From Blastocladiella emersonii ATCC 22665 (taxonomy: Eukaryota > Fungi > Blastocladiomycota): a stretch of 64,000 nucleotides of DNA. Position numbers and translations under genes: made by a program. Under the pieces are notes generated by a model that was not told where the DNA came from, did not search any database, and saw only the letters and a program-made list of their open reading frames with translations. Below, one piece after another: positions 11,964-24,500 of the stretch. The stretch covers positions 1,860,001-1,924,000 of the forward strand of contig JANHCV010000005.1 of NCBI GenBank assembly GCA_025594325.1, in the 5' to 3' direction. The first letter of the stretch is position 1. The number at the start of each line of letters is the position of its first letter.

Positions 11964-11983
11964 CACGTGATATCGCGACGCGT
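11964..11983 (-). promoter_or_regulatory. ACGCGT-N8-CACGTG composite motif
   Basis: Minus strand GAGACGCGTCGCGATATCACGTG...GCGAGACA; points toward the FMT1 3' end. Confidence 0.4.
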
Positions 11984-12353
11984 CTCTCACTTTGCGAACG
12001 CGCAGCCACCACCCCCTGGCGCAGCGCATCGAACTTGCTCGCTTGGGCAACGCGCAACCGGCATCGCAATAACCAACTAATCATCGTGTCGAGGAATCGG
12101 GAGGAAACTGCGCACGCGTCTCTCGCAGCGTCCTGAACCACGAGTTCTTTGATGCGGGCGTTGGTGATCGCGTCAAGGTCGGGACCTTGCCGCACGTTAC
12201 CTTGCACATTCATGAAGCATCGGCGGCCAATTGAGCTAATAGACGAAATCAGATCGGGCTTTATCACATGGCCATGACCAATGGCCATTTCCGAGTCCTT
12301 GCACAACGAAGGAGACAACCCGGATCAGATTCAAGACACCCAAGTCGCGTGGT

Positions 12354-14710
12354 TCATGCACTGTTACCTGGCGCGGGCGAGATCTGGCGGGAAAACTGGG
12401 TAAGGAAAGCAACGGCGACGTCCGGATGCATGGGTAGCTCGCAGTTGATGATCTGGGCAAGCCGCCTGTTGAGCTCGTATAGGGGAACCGCGCCAGGTCC
12501 GCGGGATTCAACACTGATCATTAACGCGGCGCGAAGTCCCCTGTAAAAATCGGCCAGCGGGAGATGACAAGTATCGTGCGGCTTCGTAGCAAGGACGATG
12601 CGGCGATAGAAGAAACCCTCGAGCGCGACCCGGCCTGTTGGACCAGCGCCTGGCTCATCGAGCAACCCATCGTTCATGAGAGCGCGCGTGTGGGCATGAA
12701 GCAACGTCTGGAACTTTGTGGACCAGCTGTGCGCGACCTTGTCTAGCACAGAATGAGTGCGCGGCCGCAGCATTGAGTAGGTAATCGGTGGGCACCCAAG
12801 CTCGCCCGTTACGGCGTGGCGGTAATCTCGGCTAGCAAGGAAGGTGGCATGCGTGATCACAACGTCTGCGTTCGCAATGTCCTTCCACGTCACGGCGCAA
12901 TAATCCGTGTAGTTGCGCAGGACAACGATACGCGCTGACGGACCGAGTTGAGCTGCAGCAGCAGACTCCCACTGAGGGATATCGTAGCCCGGCAAAGGGA
13001 CTACAACAAGCGTCGCCTTGGAGGGAACGAGCGGCCCAGGAGGCTCGCGAATCGCGTCGCCGGGGAGACCCAGCATCTCCTCCAGCGGAGCAGGCTGAAG
13101 GACGCTCGCGTAGCTCCCGACCGACTCGTTATGCGCTTGAATCAGCGCCGCGCGAATCTCGACGCGCTCAGGGACAGGAAGGGGAAGCAGCCACGAGGGC
13201 GGGCAGGTTGCTGCAAACTCGCCTGAAGCGTAGTTGTAAACCATGCCACATGGACCAAAACGAATGTACGGCACCGTTCGAGCGCGGTTGGGAATGGTGA
13301 GAGTGCGAGCGGCGGAGCTGAGTTCAAACTGCTCGAGCCACGAACCGAGACTATCGTTGCACAAGTTGGCGGGAAGCGGACCGTCGCCGGGAGAATCCGC
13401 GCCAAGGAGCGGGAACACAAGCGAAGTGGTATCGGGCTGCGCGATCGGGCCCAGTGGGTAGACCCGGAAGAGTTTGCGCAACGTCTTGCGCGCAGCCGTC
13501 CGCATCGTTGGATCGCAAAGGTCGCGGTTGGCCGTATCCGTGCGCAAGTAGGCTGCAAGCTGATACGTGAACTGCCCACCAGTTGGCGGGTAATGCTGGC
13601 CGCAAATCGGCCGAAGGACAAGGCGGAGGTAGCGCAACATGCTCGGGTCAAGTTCCGTGAACAAGCGCTTGGGAATATCCTTGTCAGCCGGAATGAGGGC
13701 CGAACCCGGGGTACTGACCATGGGAGCTTCGCGGGCAAGCGAGCCGGGAGGGAACGTCAAATTCGATTCCGCGGGATTGGCTTGTACATCGGGGGCGAAG
13801 CTCGCATCGGCGGAAAGCGAGAACAAGTTCGCGACGACCACCTTACCGGACCGAATTTTGTTCGCCCAGTAGGGGTTGTTGCAGTTTTCGTAATAAGGGT
13901 CGTCTTCAATCGCGGCCATGAAGTCGGTGTAGAGATACTTGCGCGACAAGCCGTGTTGTTCAAGTCGGTCGTGCGGTAAGTCACGCACTCGGCTGTTTTG
14001 CGAAGCACGCTCTTGTTGCTGCAAGCGCCCGCACGGTGCTTGCGCTCGATCCGGTACACGGACTCGCGCCAGAAGCTGAGCTCGCCAAGTACCGGGCAGT
14101 CGAAACGATCCCAGACCCAAACCGAAGCAGGTTTCACGGAGTTCGGAGGCAAAGGAAGTCGGTCAGCAAGGACAACTTCGTCCGCGCCAAGAAAAAGATC
14201 TGTTTTCGAAGAACTCGAGGTCAGCCATGGCATCGAATCGGAGCGTTGAAGCATACCTAATTGACCAAACCGCGTGATCGAGTCATCAATCCAAGCGGCG
14301 ACGTCGGTTTCGGGCGCGAGCTCGTCCGATATTTCCGCTAGAGAAGACTGGGTACGCGCGGCTGGACCTTTTTGGGCATTGAAGGGAACTCACCAGCCGC
14401 AAGCAACGCGCTCAGCATACACCCGAGCGGCCAGGTACTCGGGCGACTGCGCCGCAGCAAGATCCGCGGGCGCAGGGGCATCGATAGAGCCATGCGTGGT
14501 TGGCGCTTGATCAACAGAAGCAGGCGCAGAGACCTGTCGCCGAGTTGCCGCGCGACCTCGCCCAGCAGCTCGGGGCGCAGAAACAAGTGCGACGGAAGGT
14601 CCGCCGGCCGGGATAAGAGTCCCGCCCGTTTCGCCGTCCAAGCACGGGACGACGGCCGGGACGTTGAGTGGATCTGGTTGCATCAAGTTTATGTCTTCCA
14701 TTCGTTCCAT
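12354..14710 (-). pseudogene. SNF2-like degenerate ATPase-fragment protein, family B copy 1
   Basis: Paralogue of B2; TGA at ~14390 where B2 has TGG; frameshift near 13975; shared intron before DLFLGAD; PSKATLVVVP...QW...ADVVIT. Confidence 0.75.
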
Positions 14711-14954
14711 GTGAGGTGGTGACGAGAGCGACGACGATCAGCGCGGCGCGGTTTCAAAATTGTCTCGCCCCGCCCACGTGATGAACGCGCTCGTGTCTCG
14801 CGCCCGCGCACCCGCCGAGCTCGGAAGGTCGCAGGACAGTTGGTTTTGCTCGATCCGCACATGGCGCTCGCATTCAATAATATTGATAAACGCACGAGAA
14901 TTGTATTAAAAACGACACGCAAGGTCACTTTGGCCGTAACTCGCAGCGCGAACG

Positions 14955-17225
14955 CTAAATCTGGCGAGCGAACCGATTAAGAAATGCCGAGGCGACATCG
15001 GGCGTCATGGGCAAGTGGCAGTTGATGATCGGGCCGAGCCGCTCGCGGAGCTCTTTCAGGGAAATCGTGTCTTTCTTCGCGTCAAGCAGGAGGCCAACAA
15101 TAAGTGCCGCGCATAGACCCTGGTAAAACTTGTCGAGCGATTCGTTGGGATCGTCGCGGTCGCTCCCAACAATGATGATACGCCGGAAATAGCAGCCTTC
15201 AACAAAAGCGCAACCCGATGGACGCGACTGCTCGCTGAGCGCGTCTTGGGCGCCCAGTAAGATTCCCGCGTCCAGTACGTCGCGTGTGTGTCGGTGAATG
15301 ATGGACTCAAAGTTGCGCGACGAAATCACGTCGCTCAACTGCATGGGGGTCTCGATCGGCGTCTCACAATAGGGAGATTGGACGCGGGGCGGCAACTTCG
15401 CGTAATCATAACGTGAACACCCGAGCTCAGCGACAACGCCGTCGCGATATTTCTGGCTGATGAGAAAATCACTGTGGGCGAGCACAAGGTCCGCAAGCGC
15501 AATGTCCTGCCACGTAAGGGCACGGTGGTCAACCTCGTTGCGCAAGTACACAACACGCGCCGATTGGCCATAGGTGAGCGCCGCTGCACGTTCCCACTGA
15601 TCGACGTAAAGCTGCCTCGATGACGGCAGGACCACAAGTGTCGCTTTGGATGGAATAAGTGGCCCGGCTGCGTCAACGAGATCAGCGAGAATGGCCGACT
15701 CGTTTTCATGCGTTGGAGGCGCAAGAAACTGGGCAACCTGCACATTGAACAGGGTGTTGGTGTAAATGAGCGCTGTGCGGACCTCAATGCGCTCAGGAAC
15801 AGGAAGTGGAAGCAGCCACGAGGGCGGGCAGGTTGATGCAAACTCGCCCATGACGTAGTTGTAGAGCATGCCGCCTGGGCCAAGCCGAATGTAAGGTTCG
15901 GTGCGAGTGCGATGAGGAAGGGGGAGTGTCCGGGCTTGCTTGTTGGTCTGGAGCTCCAGAAGCCAATCTTGGAGGGCATTTCCATGTGGCTGTGCCCCGT
16001 CGGCGAGAGTTGGAAATTGGAGCGAGTCCGCATCAGGCTCAATGGTTGGAGCCGGACGATAGAGCACAAGAATTTTGCGCAAGATGCGACGCGCGGCAGT
16101 GCACCGATCTGGATCGCAAAGGTCGCGGTTGGCCAGGTCCGTGCGCAGATAAGCAGAGAGCTGGTACGTAAACTGCGGACCACCGGGCGTGTAGCGCTCA
16201 CCGCGAACCGGACGAAGGACAAGGCGGAGGTAGCGCAACATGCTCGGGTCGAGTTCCGTAAAGACGCGTTTGGGAAGATCCTTGCTCGCGGGCAGGATCA
16301 CCGAGCCTGCAGTGAGAACGGTCGGTGCAACGCGAGATAGCGACCCGTGAGGAAGTTTCGAGTACGTGACATGCCCAGTGTTCTGCTGATTGGGCACGAA
16401 CGAAGCGTTGGAGGCGAGCGAGAACGCGTTGATCACAACAACTCGACCCGATTTTTTAATCTTGTCCAAATCGGGGCCGCGCCACAGGGACTGGTAATAC
16501 GGGTCCCCCTGCACGACGGCCGCAAAGTCGGCAAGCGTATAATTGCGCGACGAATCGTACGGCTCGGGAGCATGGGCGCGGTAAGTCACACGCTCCTGGG
16601 CCCTGCGGGCGACAGAAAGGCTGCAGAAGGAGCCCTCGCGGTGCTTGCGTTCAAGGCGATACACAGCCTCCTTGTGGAAGGTCAGCTCAGCGAGGACAGG
16701 GCAGCTCAAGTCGGTCCAATAGTTGACCGTTGCAGGGTCGCGGGGCAGTGGAAGGCGATCGCCAAGTACGACAGCATCGGCGCCGAGAAACAAGTCTGGC
16801 GGGCATTCCATCTGTTATTCGACCGAATCGGCAGCGAAAGAACGAGCAAGAACACGAGTCGTACCCGGCTGACCAAACTGCGTGTTGGGGTTGTCGATCC
16901 AAGCGAGAACCTCGGCCTCGGGCGCAATGCGTTCCAGAGTCCGTTGAGCGAAAGCGCCGCTTGGCGAATCGGGCCCCCTTGAAGCATCGTACAGGGCCCA
17001 CCAACCACAAGCGACGCGCTCGGCACGAAGGCGAGCGACCTCGAAATCGGCCGACTGCCCGCCTATCGATATCGGAGGCGCAGGTGCATCGATTCCGAGT
17101 GACACATGTGGCGCTGGTCCAACCGCTGCGGTCAACTCACCCAGCTGGCCGGCCGGAGACAAAGATTTGGTCATAGCACCGAGGCGGTTACGTTGCATCA
17201 AGTTTTCGTCTTTCATTTGATCCAT
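14955..17225 (-). CDS. SNF2-like degenerate ATPase-fragment protein, family B copy 2
   Basis: Exon 1 MDQMKDENLMQ...QFGQP, phase-1 intron, exon 2 DLFLGAD... to 14955; PSKATLVVLP...QW...ADLVL...YFRRIII. Confidence 0.75.
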
Positions 17226-17487
17226 GGTGAGCGGTGTGAGGAGCAGCGATGTCGATGGCGGGGTGAGTGTGACGTCGGAACGCGCCACTTCGATCGGGAC
17301 TGTCTCATAAAATCCACGTGATGAACGCGCTCGCGTCTCGCACCCGGAATCAGGCCCGTTCGTTGCCATCTCTTTCATCCGAAGCCGATGCATGAGCTCA
17401 GTTCGCCCACGAACGGCGGGTTTAGTACATGGTCCGGTCTCTACGTGCGAGAAACTAGTGTATGGAACTCATCGAATGTCGTTCGAG

Positions 17488-18702
17488 TCAGCGGCGCGGC
17501 AGCACTTTGCGCTTCCGGGCCACGCGCACCAGGTCCATGAGCTTAGCGAGCCGCTGGGCGCGCTCGGGGCCGGCAGGGAGCTGGATCAGCTCCTCGAGCC
17601 CCGCGAGCGCGATCTGCGACTTTGGGTACCGTGCGCCAAGCTCACGAAGCTTCTCTGCCAACTTCAAGGCGCACTCGGCGAGCACGTCCTCGGACGTGCC
17701 AGCGCCTGCAACAAGTTCGAGCGACACGCTCGCGGGAAGCTGGCGCAGGCAGTCCTTGATACGGGCGGCGAGGTCGCGCGGTTCTCGAAGCAGGACGCAG
17801 TCGGCGGCCCGGTGTGGCTGCGAAGGTGCGCGACGGGTCCGGTCCAGACTGGCCTTGGCAATGGTCGAGCAGTAGCGACATTGAGAGTCCGAAGTCGCGA
17901 GGAAGGATGTTGTAGTTGGTGCGTGAGCCTTAGCCGAGGCTGCGGTTGTCGCCGATGCCAACGCAAGCGAGGGTGACGGCCGACTGAAAGAAGCGTGCAT
18001 AAGCGAGGAAGCGTCGATGGTAGCAGCTGAATGCGAAGGTGTCGGTACGGGTACTCGAGTGGAATCCGAAGACCGCTGACCGTGCGCGGTCGGAAGCGCT
18101 GAGACGAGCGAGGAAGGCGCTGGCGGGAGCGCATGGGAACCGCCACGATCATCTGAGGCGTCAGTCGACAGTTTTTTGTCAAGAAGGAGGCCGTTGCAAT
18201 AGTGGTCGAGGTCAGCGAGCGAGTCGGTGCCGTGGCTCCACGGAGATGCGAGCGAGGCTATAATCTGTGTGAGAGATGGGCGATCGCTGTCGGAGCAGGC
18301 CGAAGGGCTCCCTATGATCGTCGCCGGCTCGGCCGCAGTTGCAATTGCTGAGACATTCGAACTCGATTGAGTGTCGCCGAGCGCGTCGTCGGAAGTACCA
18401 AGCGCTGCGTGGTGCGCGGCAATCTTGCGTGCGATCTCGTCCCGCGTGGCCTCCAGTCGCTGGTGTGCCAGCACGATGGGGAAGGTCATGTCGATGAACC
18501 GGTCCTTGTCGTCGAGGTTCTTGGTGATGCAAAGTGAGAGCTGCAAGATCTGCTCATGCGCGTCCTCGATGAGCGCGTCGCATTCCGCTTGGGCAGCGTG
18601 CAAGTCTTCGAGTCGCGTCGGCAGCGGGTCGCGCGCGAGATGGGCGGGCCGCGCGGCAGGCTTGTTGCCGCGACTGAGCGCTAATGCATGAGGTGAATTC
18701 AT
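17488..18702 (-). CDS. Hypothetical protein: coiled coil, Ser/Ala-rich linker, CxxC...H-x4-C motif
   Basis: 404-aa ORF from MNSPHAL; CRYC...HRAADC. Confidence 0.6.
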   Translation of the reverse strand: MNSPHALALSRGNKPAARPAHLARDPLPTRLEDLHAAQAECDALIEDAHEQILQLSLCITKNLDDKDRFIDMTFPIVLAHQRLEATRDEIARKIAAHHAALGTSDDALGDTQSSSNVSAIATAAEPATIIGSPSACSDSDRPSLTQIIASLASPWSHGTDSLADLDHYCNGLLLDKKLSTDASDDRGGSHALPPAPSSLVSALPTAHGQRSSDSTRVPVPTPSHSAATIDASSLMHASFSRPSPSLALASATTAASAKAHAPTTTSFLATSDSQCRYCSTIAKASLDRTRRAPSQPHRAADCVLLREPRDLAARIKDCLRQLPASVSLELVAGAGTSEDVLAECALKLAEKLRELGARYPKSQIALAGLEELIQLPAGPERAQRLAKLMDLVRVARKRKVLPRR

Positions 18703-18940
18703 GGGTGGGTGAGTTCTGCGATGGTCGTTGAGAGTGCAGGGGAGAGAGTGCACTCGCAGCGACTGTTGAGCGCGGGCAAAGTCGGTGGGAACTCGGGCGC
18801 ACGTGGTGGCGCGTCGCGTCGCCTGCTGCTCGCTTGCCACCGAGTGTACAAAGTTCAAGCCATCGAGGAGCAGTACTTTCAAACGGTTTATTCGAATATT
18901 TACGGACAACTCGCCACTCTCCCAGCTCAAGTACCCACCG

Positions 18941-20629
18941 TTAGTCCTCAGGATCACAACCGCACACCTCGCGCGTCTTTCTCTCCACCACTCGGTCGGA
19001 TGCACTTCGCTTCTCGGCAGAGGTCGCATCAGTCGCGTCCGCCGCCGCCGCCTCCGCGAAAACTTGCGCTGCAGCTTCGGACCCGGCCTCGACCTCGTCC
19101 AGCCGGCGCCACATGTTGCGCATGCGAGGTGGCGGGACACCAGTCGGAGGCGGCGGCGGCGGCGGAATGAACGGGCGGTGCGCCGGAGGCGGCACGTCAG
19201 GGTCGTCGGCGGTCTTGACCTTGAGGACGGGAATCGGCGGCTTGAGCGTCTTGCCCGACGCGTCCTCGACGCGCTTGTGCACGTCGCGGAACCGGTCGAC
19301 GATGCCGATGACCGAGGCATTGAAGAACCCGTGCAGACCGCTCTTGATATTGCGGAGCACGAAGCGGGCCTCGCACCCGACACAAGTGCAGACTGGGCTG
19401 GAGCGCGGCGGCGCGTTGCGCACAGCGGGCTTGCTGAGGAACGCGGCCTCAATGTCGGGCAGCACCACGAGCGCGTCGAACTTGGCCGGGTCGTCGATGA
19501 CCACCACCTCGTAGTCCTGGTACATGATGCGCGCGCACTGCATGACCTCGGCGAGCGTCATGGGGAACGCACACGCCCGCTCGGCCTCGGCGAGCGACTC
19601 GTACTTGGCGGCGAGGAGGCGGCGCGTGCCCCGCACGCCCTGCATGCCGAAGAAACCGTACACGGCGAGGCGCAGGTCGGGCTCGCCCGCGGACGGCGAC
19701 TGCGTCGGCTCGGGGCGAGCCGCGTAGAGACCAAGTACGTCCTCGGCGGCACACACGAGCGCCGCGTTGGGCCCGAGCTCGGCGTCGAGCCGCTTCGTGA
19801 AGTTGGCCTCGCGCAGCCGGTGCATGTGAGAGAGCAGAGTCGGCAGCGGGATCCCGCACTGCTTGAGCGAGACGCACAGCCAGCACGACAGCAGGTCTTC
19901 GAACTTGCCGCGGGCCGCCGACCCCGCGGTGGTGCCGTCGACCATCATGAACGACCACACGAGCGGGCCGCCAAACTTGATGCGGTCGGCCGCGAGCGCG
20001 GTCTCGGAGCGGCCGCACATGGTGCACACCTCGAACTCGTCAAAGGACGGCGACGCGAAGCCGTCATACTTTTTCGGGTCGGCGTCGCGGGTAATCGTGG
20101 TGGGCGCCGGAAGCAGCTTCTTGGGGCGCTTGTGCTTTCCGGCGACGAGCGAGATGATGTGCCAAAAGTAGCCGGGCGGCATGGCGCCCTTGACAGCGGC
20201 GCAGCCCGCGCAGCACGCGACGCAGTTGGACGCCGAGAAGCCGCTGCAGTGGTAGACGCGGTCGATGCCGTGCGACCCTCCTTTGGGCGATTTGAGGAAG
20301 CAGTAGAAGCATTTCTTCCCGTGCAGCGACGCGAGGCGCTCGAGATGACCGAGGGTGACTGGCTGATCTCCGCCAACGAGGACAGCGCGAAGCCAGGTGC
20401 ACAGGGCGTCCGTCTTGTCGCCGAGGCGGCCGGAACCGCGCAGGTCGTTGAGAGCGGCTACAAGGTCGAAGTGCGTTTAAGGGTCGGTTCGTGCGACGGA
20501 GCACTGCCAGCGCGCTCACGCACCGTCGAGGCCCGCCTCGAAACCCGGCTCCTCCGACGGCGGAAGAGTCGGCGAGCGTTCAAGGCTCAATTCATCAGAT
20601 TGCATGCTGTTTGCGGGTGTTGATGGCAT
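18941..20629 (-). CDS. Protein with tandem degenerate HNH (giant-virus/phage-like) motifs
   Basis: Exon 20629-20524, intron 20458-20523, then KKCFYC...HGIDRVYHCSGFSASNCVACCAGCAAVKG and CTMCG...ADR...SCWLCVSLK; GC3-rich codons. Confidence 0.75.
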
Positions 20630-21571
20630 GGTTGGTCGGACCGAGGAGGGGGAGAGGAAGCAGCAGAGAGCAGCGCGACTCAAGTCGCGGCGAGTGAATC
20701 ACAGCCGCTCCGATTGCTCGACACTGCAGCTCTCCATAGCATCATCGCACACTCCGCCCCGCCATGTATTGCCTTGGAAAGACATTCTGCAAAGTTTATT
20801 ATTGAGTCGCCCGAACTTCGTGGGCGCTGCTTGCCTCGATTCCTGCGATTCCTGTCACACGGTCACCGCGGTTGTTCATAGCCGCGATGCCGTCCTCATT
20901 CGAGTCAACAGAACAACCGCGAGCACCACTTGCACCTTGAGAGTTTTCACGACACGCTTTCTGCCACGACTCTACAGCCGAAACGGGCAGCATCACTTAA
21001 ATTTCCCCTCGACAATTCCACTGTCGCGCTGCCTTTCGGGGACGCCAACGAGACCGATCCATGATCCAGCGCGCGCACTGGCCCTCGCATTACTGGCTTG
21101 CACCGCTCTCGCGCTCGCACATGTCTACACTGCCACCATCTTCGCCGTGTTCTGTCCCGGCGCAGCGGCCCCACGTCTCGCGCGTCGTGCTTGCGCTCTG
21201 GAACACGAGTGACGAGTTGAGGAGAATTGCGCTCCTCACCCACGTTGCGCTTCGCGCAGGAGTGCAGGCGGCGGGTGGTTGAGCACGGAGCGCATGCGAA
21301 ACCAAGCGCACCAGGCACTCAGTGCTTGCACTGGATGGTGGATCCACTCATTCGCGATGCGAAGTTGGAGCGGCGCGACGAGGTGTCGCATGGCAAGATG
21401 CCAGCAATATACGCTTGTCTGCTAACTCGTGCTGGATGCGGACAACGTTTGTTCGCTGTGGGCGTCGATCAGGACGGGCGACGCGTCTAGCGATTGGCAG
21501 CGGCGACATTTCTTGGGTTTTGGTGCTTAGTTTGAGCAAGTGCGTGAGTGCCGATCACGTCGCGTTTCAGA

Positions 21572-24500
21572 TGTCTCGCACATTGCACGTGTTGGGCGCG
21601 ACGCGTCGTCCGTTGTTCGGCGCCGCGCCGCGTTCGCTCCGTTGCAAACGCGATCCGTCTCGACCCGTATCCCACTTTGCCCAGATTTTTCTCAATGCGG
21701 CAACGGCTCAGAGCAACCTCGTCGACCACCCCGAGCGAGACTCCTGCCGCTCCTCGAGGGATCGTCAAAGAGCGGATCGCGAGTGCGGTGGCCAAGTTTG
21801 GCTGCGTGCCTCGCTCGGCCGGCTTCGCGCTGGATCGCACCGCGGCCGCGCCGCAGGGTTGTTCGTTCTCCTCGACTTCAGTTCTCGGCCTTCAGCGAAC
21901 TTGAGCAGCATGGATCGAGCAAAATACATGATGCACTTGCGCCATGGCTACTGCTTCGATGGAGTTCGAGTCGCGCGAGTAAGGTTGTTCGAGAACCTGT
22001 CCCAACTCGTTGTCGAAGTTGCGGGTGAAGGAGAGCGTCAATCATCGTAGCTCAAGGCCATCGAACGCGGACACACCGCACGGCGCTTGCTGTCATGCCA
22101 GCCACATTGGTGGCTCGGGACTCTGACAGCGACTGAACAGTGTCGAACGGGTCAACCCATTCACACAGACCGGCCACCGTCACCGGTGCCAGGACCATGG
22201 CCGCCCGTGGCCGGCATGGCCGTGATCGCCCTCCTCGACGCGTCTTCCACCGCGTCTTGATCTCCCACTTGGCCACCGCGCTCGCGAGGTCAGGCAGGAC
22301 AATCACGCGTCGTGTCTCGCGCGCGCTGGCAGAAACCTGAGCGCGGGAGGCAGTGTCCGAGCTCGCGCCCGAGCGAGTATCATGGTTTCCCGAGCGCGCG
22401 CCGCCTCCCGCTCGGGCGAGCCTCCTTCTGTGCAACTCGCTCTCCTCCCCTCCGCTTGCCGACCTCGATAACAGAGATAGACCCGTCCAGTAGCCGGATC
22501 AACGCCTTCCACACCCGCTGCACCACCCGCCGTCATCGACAGGAACTCGCGAACTAGTCGCAGCACTCCAGCAACCATGGGCCGCACGAGCACCCTCGTC
22601 CGGTCCGCGATCCGGTCGGGGCTCAAGTCCCTGGCCCGCAACGTGAACGCCGGCCTCGCCGCCCTCGCCGGTCCGCACGGCCAGATGGTCTACACGCAGC
22701 AGTACGTTCTCATTCATGCGCGACGGTCTGATCCGGCGCGAGCGGTCCAGCGAGCGGTGGTGGTTGTGGCGCAGCGCGATCACGCCGCACCGCTCTTCTC
22801 CCGCTGCCAACCCCGATCCGCTCCCTTACCCCATGAATCTCTGCTGAACTCGATGCATCGTCTACCAGGACCGCTACTACTGCCTTCAAGCGCGACTTCG
22901 TCGCCAAGTCGGCCGAACCGATTCCCGCCACCGCCACCTCCGAGGTGACCGTCTCCGCGTCGCCCCCGCCCGCCATCGTCTCGGCCGTGAAGCCCGCCAA
23001 GTCGGTCGTCGCCGTCGACTCGGGCATCCTCGCCGCCTCTTCGGCTGCCTCGATTGAGCAGCTCGCCCACAACAAGACTGTGGGAACCGCCACCTCGACT
23101 GCCACAAAGAATGCGCCCGCATGCGCCGCGCCCGCCATTGCCATCACCAAGGACCTCGTCTCGGCTCTCGAACTGCGCGACTCGGACCACATCATCAAGA
23201 CCGAGAACCAGAACCATGTCAAGGCCGTGAAGTACGTACGAGCAGCAATCGGCCGCCACCCGGCGTATGCCTGACCACTGTCCGCCGTGTGTAGCATCCC
23301 CGAGAACTCGGAGCGCGCCTCCGGCAAGACTGACGACTCGCAGGACGAGTCGGTCGTCAAGTCGTCGCCCGCCATCATCATCGACGCGACCCGCCTCCCC
23401 AACGCCAACGAGATCACCTTCGCCAACTTCAGGACCGACGCCTTCACCACCAGCAGCGAGGCTACGGCACTCCTGCGCGTGGCAGCCGAGGTCAACGCGT
23501 CCGCATCGGTGGCTACCGTGGCTATCAAGGAGGAGTACGTCACGCACACCGGTCCGACTTTGGCGAGGCTATACCGACCCCCATTCCCGTGTAGGTTCAA
23601 GTCGTCCGGCATCATCGGCACCGACGCAACCGACAAGCTGGCCGTTCCGCACCAGCGGCAGTCTGAGTTTGCGCAGACCGAGGGCCGCGTCGAGTCGGCA
23701 CCCGTTCTCGCCCCCTCTACCGGTATCTCCGTCGATGCCGAGTACACCAAGCTTCTCTCCATGAGCCTTCGCGCTGCGGCGCTGTTCCACAAGCTGGCTG
23801 CGAGCGACGACTCCATCATCGAGGTCGGGTCGCCCGCCGTGGTCATCATGGACAAGTACGTGCTTCTCTCGCCTGGACAGCCGTCGTGGAGCTCGCTAAC
23901 ACGGTTCGCCGCTGACAGGGTCATGTCCGACGCGACCAACTCCACGAACGAGTGCAAGGCCTCGGTCCTCACCCCGCAGCAGGATCAGCAGGTCAAGGAG
24001 CAGGTCCTCGTCCGCGACGACGCGTCGACGCCCGGTCCCGTCGCCGTCGCCGGCGCCAGCAACCTCATCGAGGAGATCAACCACCCGTAAGTGACTATGT
24101 TCAGTGCCGTGGATCCGCGAACCTCGCTGACTCCATCGCTTGTCCAGTGTTGAGCCGGCCTCGGCCTCCGCCGAGGGCGAGACCGAGCCCGTCGTTCTCA
24201 CGTCCCAGCAGCATACCGGATCCGAGCAGCTCAAGCCGACGCTCGACTCTGGCTCCGTCGAGTCTGCGCCCGCCATCGCCGTCGCGATCGGCGTCGTCGA
24301 CACCCACGACACCTCGCTGGCCAAGCAGGGCCAGTCCGCTGTTCCCGTCAGCGAGACGACCAGGACCAACGCCAAGATTGAGGGACCCGGCGTGACTGCC
24401 GAGGCCAAGTACGTTGCCCTTTTGCTCAACCGATATGACGGATCAGTGGCTAACACCCGGCTAACCCTCTAGAGTGGACTCAATGGAGATCGCCAACGCA

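Noticed and set aside
17488-20629. Endogenous giant-virus insertion
   Set aside because: Only one virus-like motif; no capsid, polB, A32 ATPase or VLTF3; genes have introns and host-like codons
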